Made by a program: the position numbers and the translations under genes
In this document: positions 22,728-40,389 of the stretch, piece by piece
Layout of the letters: every line of letters starts with the position of its first letter
Numbering within the stretch: the stretch's first letter is position 1
The notes under the pieces: model-generated
The model's input: the letters and a program-made list of their open reading frames with translations, nothing else
Told to the model about the DNA's origin: nothing
Database searches by the model: none
DNA from: Octopus bimaculoides
Taxonomy: Eukaryota
Assembly: GCF_001194135.2 (NCBI RefSeq)
Contig: NC_068991.1
Coordinates: 47,876,170-47,916,558 of the forward strand
Length of the DNA stretch: 40,389 nt
Direction of reading: 5' to 3'

Positions 22728-23025
22728 GTAAAATTAACGTGCAAGTGGCTGAGCACTCCACAGACACGTGTACCCTTAACGTAGTTCTCAGGGATATTCA
22801 GCGTGACACAGTGTGACAAGGCTGACCCTTTGAATTACAGGTACAACAGAAACAGGAAGTAAGAGTGAGAGAAAGTTGTGGTGAAAGAGTACAGCAGGGT
22901 TCGCCACCATCCCCTGCCGGAGCCTCGTGGAGCTTTTAGGTGTTTTTGCTTAAACACTTGCAATGCCCGGTCTGAGAATCGAAACCACGAGTCCATGCCC
23001 TAACCACTGGGCCATTGCGCCTCCG
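22728..23025 (-). mobile_element. tRNA-derived SINE family D, 3' end lost in the gap
   Basis: Near-identical reverse complement of 17418-17730, with a short deletion in the tRNA-like head. Confidence 0.92.
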
Positions 23026-23039
23026 CTAATGGGTCACAT

Positions 23040-23278
23040 ACCCCAGAACAAATGGTGTGCTCAGTTGTGCCCCGAGGGTATTGCCATAGAAAATAGCCAG
23101 CAACTTTCACTGCAGCCCCCCTCACCAGGTGGGGCTCATTTCTCCAATGGGCCACTGTTGTCCCTATTTTGTGGAGGAAATCAGTAGTATAGGGTCCTAG
23201 AACAGCTGATGTCTCAACAGCAATTGGCCCTAACTGATAGTAGTAGGTCAGGCCCCTGCATATATTAACTTTTCTCAA
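23040..23278 (-). mobile_element. Relic restriction-like endonuclease C-terminus of a CRE-clade non-LTR retrotransposon
   Basis: RKVNICRGLTYYYQLGPIAVETSAVLGPYTTDFLHKIGTTVAHWRNEP, then across a frameshift SMAI/xRG, matches the recalled CRE motif K.Y..L...Y.F.P.A.ET.G..G.....F...IG......GEP...QR.S.A..RGN. Confidence 0.68.
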
Positions 23279-23814
23279 CACTATTCCACTTTATTGTTTA
23301 GTCAGAGAGCCTAAAAGGTCACAGGACAGTTCCTTCTCTCAGGAAGGGACACTCTGACCTGGGTATTGATGTCACTAGCTACACCCTAAATTTCTTTTAA
23401 ATCTGTACAATGTCAAATTTGTATAACTCGTGCACTTGGATAACTTGGGTTGCTGTCACAGAATTCACATTTTTTCAATTTTGTTTCAATTGTTTTCAAA
23501 TTTGGTTATACTGATTTGGTTTTGTATGTTAATTATGAAAAGGTAATTCATTTTTGCCATAAACTAATGAATAAAAACTTAATAACTTTTAAAGTTTGCA
23601 AATTTTGGATAATTTTAGCCATTTGGAAGCCATCATTATACATGACTATAATCTCTCATTAGTGTGTTTCTATAGTAACAAGCAAAGCTGTAGACTGCTC
23701 TCTTTTCATTGTAACAAGGATGCACTTTCCTTGTGCTGTCACTTTCACCACAAATTTTGACAAACAATATCATTTTATACCTGTGTTATTTCTGCCTGTC
23801 ATTTTGTGATAGCT

Positions 23815-24235
23815 ATCATCATCATCATCATCATCATCGTTTAACGTCCGCTTTCCATGCTAGCATGGGTTGGACGATTTGACTGAGGACTGGTGAAACC
23901 AGATGGCAACACCAGGCTCCAATCTAATTTGGCAGTTTCTACAGCTGGATGCCCTTCCTAACGCCAACCACTCAGAGAGTGTAGTGGGTGCTTTTACGTG
24001 TCACCCGCACGAAAACGGCCACGCTCGAAATGGTGTCTTTTATGTGCCACCCGCACAAGCCAGTCCAGGGGCACTGGCAACGATCTCACTCGAAAATCCT
24101 ACGGGAGCCAGTCAGGCGGTACTGGCAACGGCCACGCTCAAAATGGTGCATCTCATGTGCCACCCGCACAAGAGCCAGTCCAGGGGTCCTGGCAACGATC
24201 TTACTTGGCTTGCCGGGTCTTCTCACGCACAGCAC
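23815..24235 (-). mobile_element. Young RTE-associated 3'UTR with an internal ~113-bp direct repeat
   Basis: (ATC)n gtttaacgtccgctttccatgctagcatgggttggacg... with CpGs retained. Near-identical truncated copies at 26731-26827 and 31321-31454; older ones at 19250-19395, 24505-24680 and 28905-28965 (minus) and 28530-28655, 31620-31790 and 37430-37630 (plus). Confidence 0.85.
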
Positions 24236-25469
24236 ATGTGCAGCTTCTGATTAGACTAAAAATTATTAGACTTTGAACCTCAAACACTTTCCTAAATTTT
24301 TCTGGGAATAAATGAATCCCAAATTCATATTCAGCATGAAAAATTACACCAATAAACCAAATTTGAAAATTTTTACTTAATGTTAAAATTTCCAAATCTG
24401 CAGACCTGAAAATATTGTATGCATCTATGTATGTACTTGTATATGTATCTGTCCACCATTTACATTCCATATATATGTATACTACTGCACTGCTACCACC
24501 ACCAATAATGTTTGTTTTCCATGCATGGCATAAGTTAGATGGTTTGACTGGAGCTAGCAAGCTGCACCAGTCGTCTGTTTTAGCTTGGTTTCTATGGTTG
24601 GGTAGCTTTCCTAATGCCAACCACTTTACAGTGTCCTGGGTGCCTTTTCACATGTCACTGGCACAGATGCCTTTTATGTGTCACCAGAAAATTCCTGGGT
24701 TCAATCCCAATCCATGTCATCTTGGGTAAATGGGATTTTCTACAGCCTTGGGGGTGACCTGTAACTTGTGAGTTAAATTAGGTAGGTGGAAACTGAATAG
24801 AAGCCCAGAGGGTGGATTGTACCTGTAATTCAAAAGGCACAGCCTGGTCATACATTGTCACAATGATTCTGCCTGAAAATTACTAATCCAACAAGCAGAT
24901 AATTCAGTCGATCAATCAATTGAATTTATATTATCAAATCTAACAATGATTCATTCACCAATCTACTCAAACCCTCATGTAAAAAGACATATTGGACAAT
25001 ATGATATGAGTAAATGATGAGACAGTCAAGACTGGAGCCCTATGAACATGATTGGATAGACTCAAGGTTGAAGATCTCCTGCCATATTCTGCATTTGATT
25101 TATTGAAGTAATGATGTAGGGAAAACAGACATTCTGTGGTGGTGGCAGTGGAGCAACATACATACATAATGTAATGTAAAAGGTGGATGGATACATATAC
25201 AAGTACATACAGAGATGCATACAATACTTTTAGGTCTGTAGATTTGGAAATTTTAAGATTAAGTTAAATAACATGATTTATTGAAGTAATGATGTATGAA
25301 CAAATGGTGGGGATAACCAATTGCCAGTTAAGCAGACTGAGGCTTGGGAGGACTTAGTGCTTAGTACTGTATTCTATGACCTGCCATAACGTTTCTATTT
25401 AGACATGAGAAAATTGAAAGTTTAGCAAACTGATCCCACAGCTAATGCATTTTTATGTGTCTAACAATG

Positions 25470-25645
25470 ATTTCTAATTTTGGCACAAGGCCAGTAATTT
25501 TTGAGGGAAGAGGGGTTAGTCAATACTACTGACCCTCAGTACTTGACTGGTACTTTATTTAACTGACTCGAAAAGGATGAAAGGCTGAAGTCAACCGTGG
25601 CAGGATTTGAACTCAGAATGTAAAGAACTTGAATGAATGCCACAG
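25470..25645 (-). mobile_element. SINE family B just downstream of PSMC1
   Basis: aattttggcacaaggccag...aaggatgaaagg...gatttgaactcagaatg. Confidence 0.82.
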
Positions 25646-25849
25646 CTTTATTTCCAGATAACAACAGTAGTATACATATGTGAATATATTGCTTTTATTT
25701 AAGTTGGATTTGGTTGTATGTAATTATGATTCAGTTCTTCAATACATTCATTGAAATCTATTATCTTAACAAATTCATGGAAATTTGTAACAATGCAAAA
25801 AATAAAACAAATGCTATCACACAGAGAAAAATCTACCAATACATTAGGA

Positions 25850-25855
25850 TTTATT
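25850..25855 (-). terminator. Probable PSMC1 polyadenylation signal AATAAA
   Basis: AATAAA 54 nt after the stop, followed by a U/GU-rich stretch (ttttctctgtgtg...tttgttttatttttt). More distal AATAAA sites exist (e.g. 25699-25694). Confidence 0.6.
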
Positions 25856-25908
25856 AAAAGGAAGAATTACAAAGGTGTGAAAAAAAAAAAAAAGAGAAGC
25901 GTATATTG

Positions 25909-39785
<13,877 letters not shown>

Positions 39786-39899
39786 CTGTAAAATGAAAAT
39801 CGTATTAACAAAGAATATATAATGGCACATAATGACAATGTCATACAATCAGTATCACACAATTATTGTATTTTATAAAATATGTTTCTAATTTTTAAA

Positions 39900-40081
39900 A
39901 TCTTTTTTACTTGTTTCAGTCATTAGACTGTGGCCATGTTGGGGCACTGCCTTGAAGAATTTATTTGCATGAATTGACCCTAGTACTTATTCTATTGTCC
40001 CTTTTGCCAGACCACTAAGTTACAGGGAGATAAATGTACAAACACCAGTTAAGTAGTGGTGGGGGACAAACAGATAGACAG

Positions 40082-40130
<49 letters not shown>
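39900..40130 (-). mobile_element. SINE family A 3' half with microsatellite, interrupted by the RTE at 40132
   Basis: ttttacttgtttcagtcattagactgtggccatg...gggggacaaacagatag(ac)n(at)n. Confidence 0.85.
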
Positions 40131-40131
<1 letters not shown>

Positions 40132-40132
<1 letters not shown>

Positions 40133-40389
40133 AAAGCACTACTGATGCCTTATTTCTAGTGAGACAGTTGCAGGAGAAATACCTAGCTAAGGATAAACCT
40201 CTGTACCTGGCTTTCGTTGACATGGAGAAAGCCTTTGACAGGGTCACCCGATCCCTTATCTGGTGGTCAATGAGGAAACTTGGGATAGAAGAATGGTTAG
40301 TGAGAGCTGTGCGAGCCATGTACAGAGATGCTGCCAGTAAGGTGAGGGTTGAAAATGAGTACAGCAATGAATTCCGGGTAGAGGTAGGG
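40132..40389 (+). mobile_element. RTE-clade LINE reverse transcriptase, 5'-truncated, runs off the window
   Basis: Stop-free frame KSTTDALFLVRQLQEKYLAKDKPLYLAFVDMEKAFDRVTRSLIWWSMRKLGIEEWLVRAVRAMYRDAASKVRVENEYSNEFRVEVG. It starts directly after (TA)n, antisense in a PSMC1 intron. Confidence 0.92.

Noticed and set aside
4921-22819. Long ORFs spanning N gaps (4921-5799, 7370-8908, 14957-15834, 22413-22819)
   Set aside because: They are open only because N codons contain no stops; the flanks are trinucleotide repeats.
23885-23905. CUGAGGA...GAAA in RTE tails (also ~31384)
   Set aside because: Only 5 nt separate the boxes, so no helix II can form, and the flanking hairpin has the wrong topology; not a hammerhead.
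23903-24276. Overlapping ORFs with internal repeats in three frames
   Set aside because: They lie in the GC-rich, internally duplicated RTE 3'UTR, with no recognisable protein motif.

Overview
AT-rich, microsatellite- and retroposon-dense animal genomic DNA with four assembly gaps. The repeat families look like those of Octopus (inference from recalled repeat sequences). Two protein-coding genes lie head-to-tail on the minus strand. (1) PSMC1/Rpt2 (26S proteasome AAA-ATPase subunit 4): ten GT-AG coding exons between 39785 and the stop at 25909 give 421 aa; the first ~19 codons lie beyond the right edge. (2) The first coding exon (2731-2544) of a PLEKHD1-like PH-domain gene, which continues off the left edge; a perfect CRE palindrome lies just upstream. 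The rest is mostly tRNA-derived SINEs (working names A, B, D), an (AAC)n-tailed retroposon (family C), RTE LINE fragments, TTAA-flanked piggyBac-type MITEs, a Tc1/mariner MITE and simple repeats. Best unexpected signals: a type I hammerhead ribozyme with an intact core, preceded by a TATA box, antisense in the last PSMC1 intron (probably a Penelope-like terminal repeat); a relic restriction-like endonuclease of a CRE-clade retrotransposon; two local ~150-bp inverted duplications; a four-level nested transposon stack; and a Cys-cluster N-terminus with an overlapping uORF in the PLEKHD1-like exon. Most ORFs in the supplied track are artefacts of simple repeats or N gaps. Repeat boundaries are approximate (about 10-20 bp) unless a TSD or TIR is quoted.
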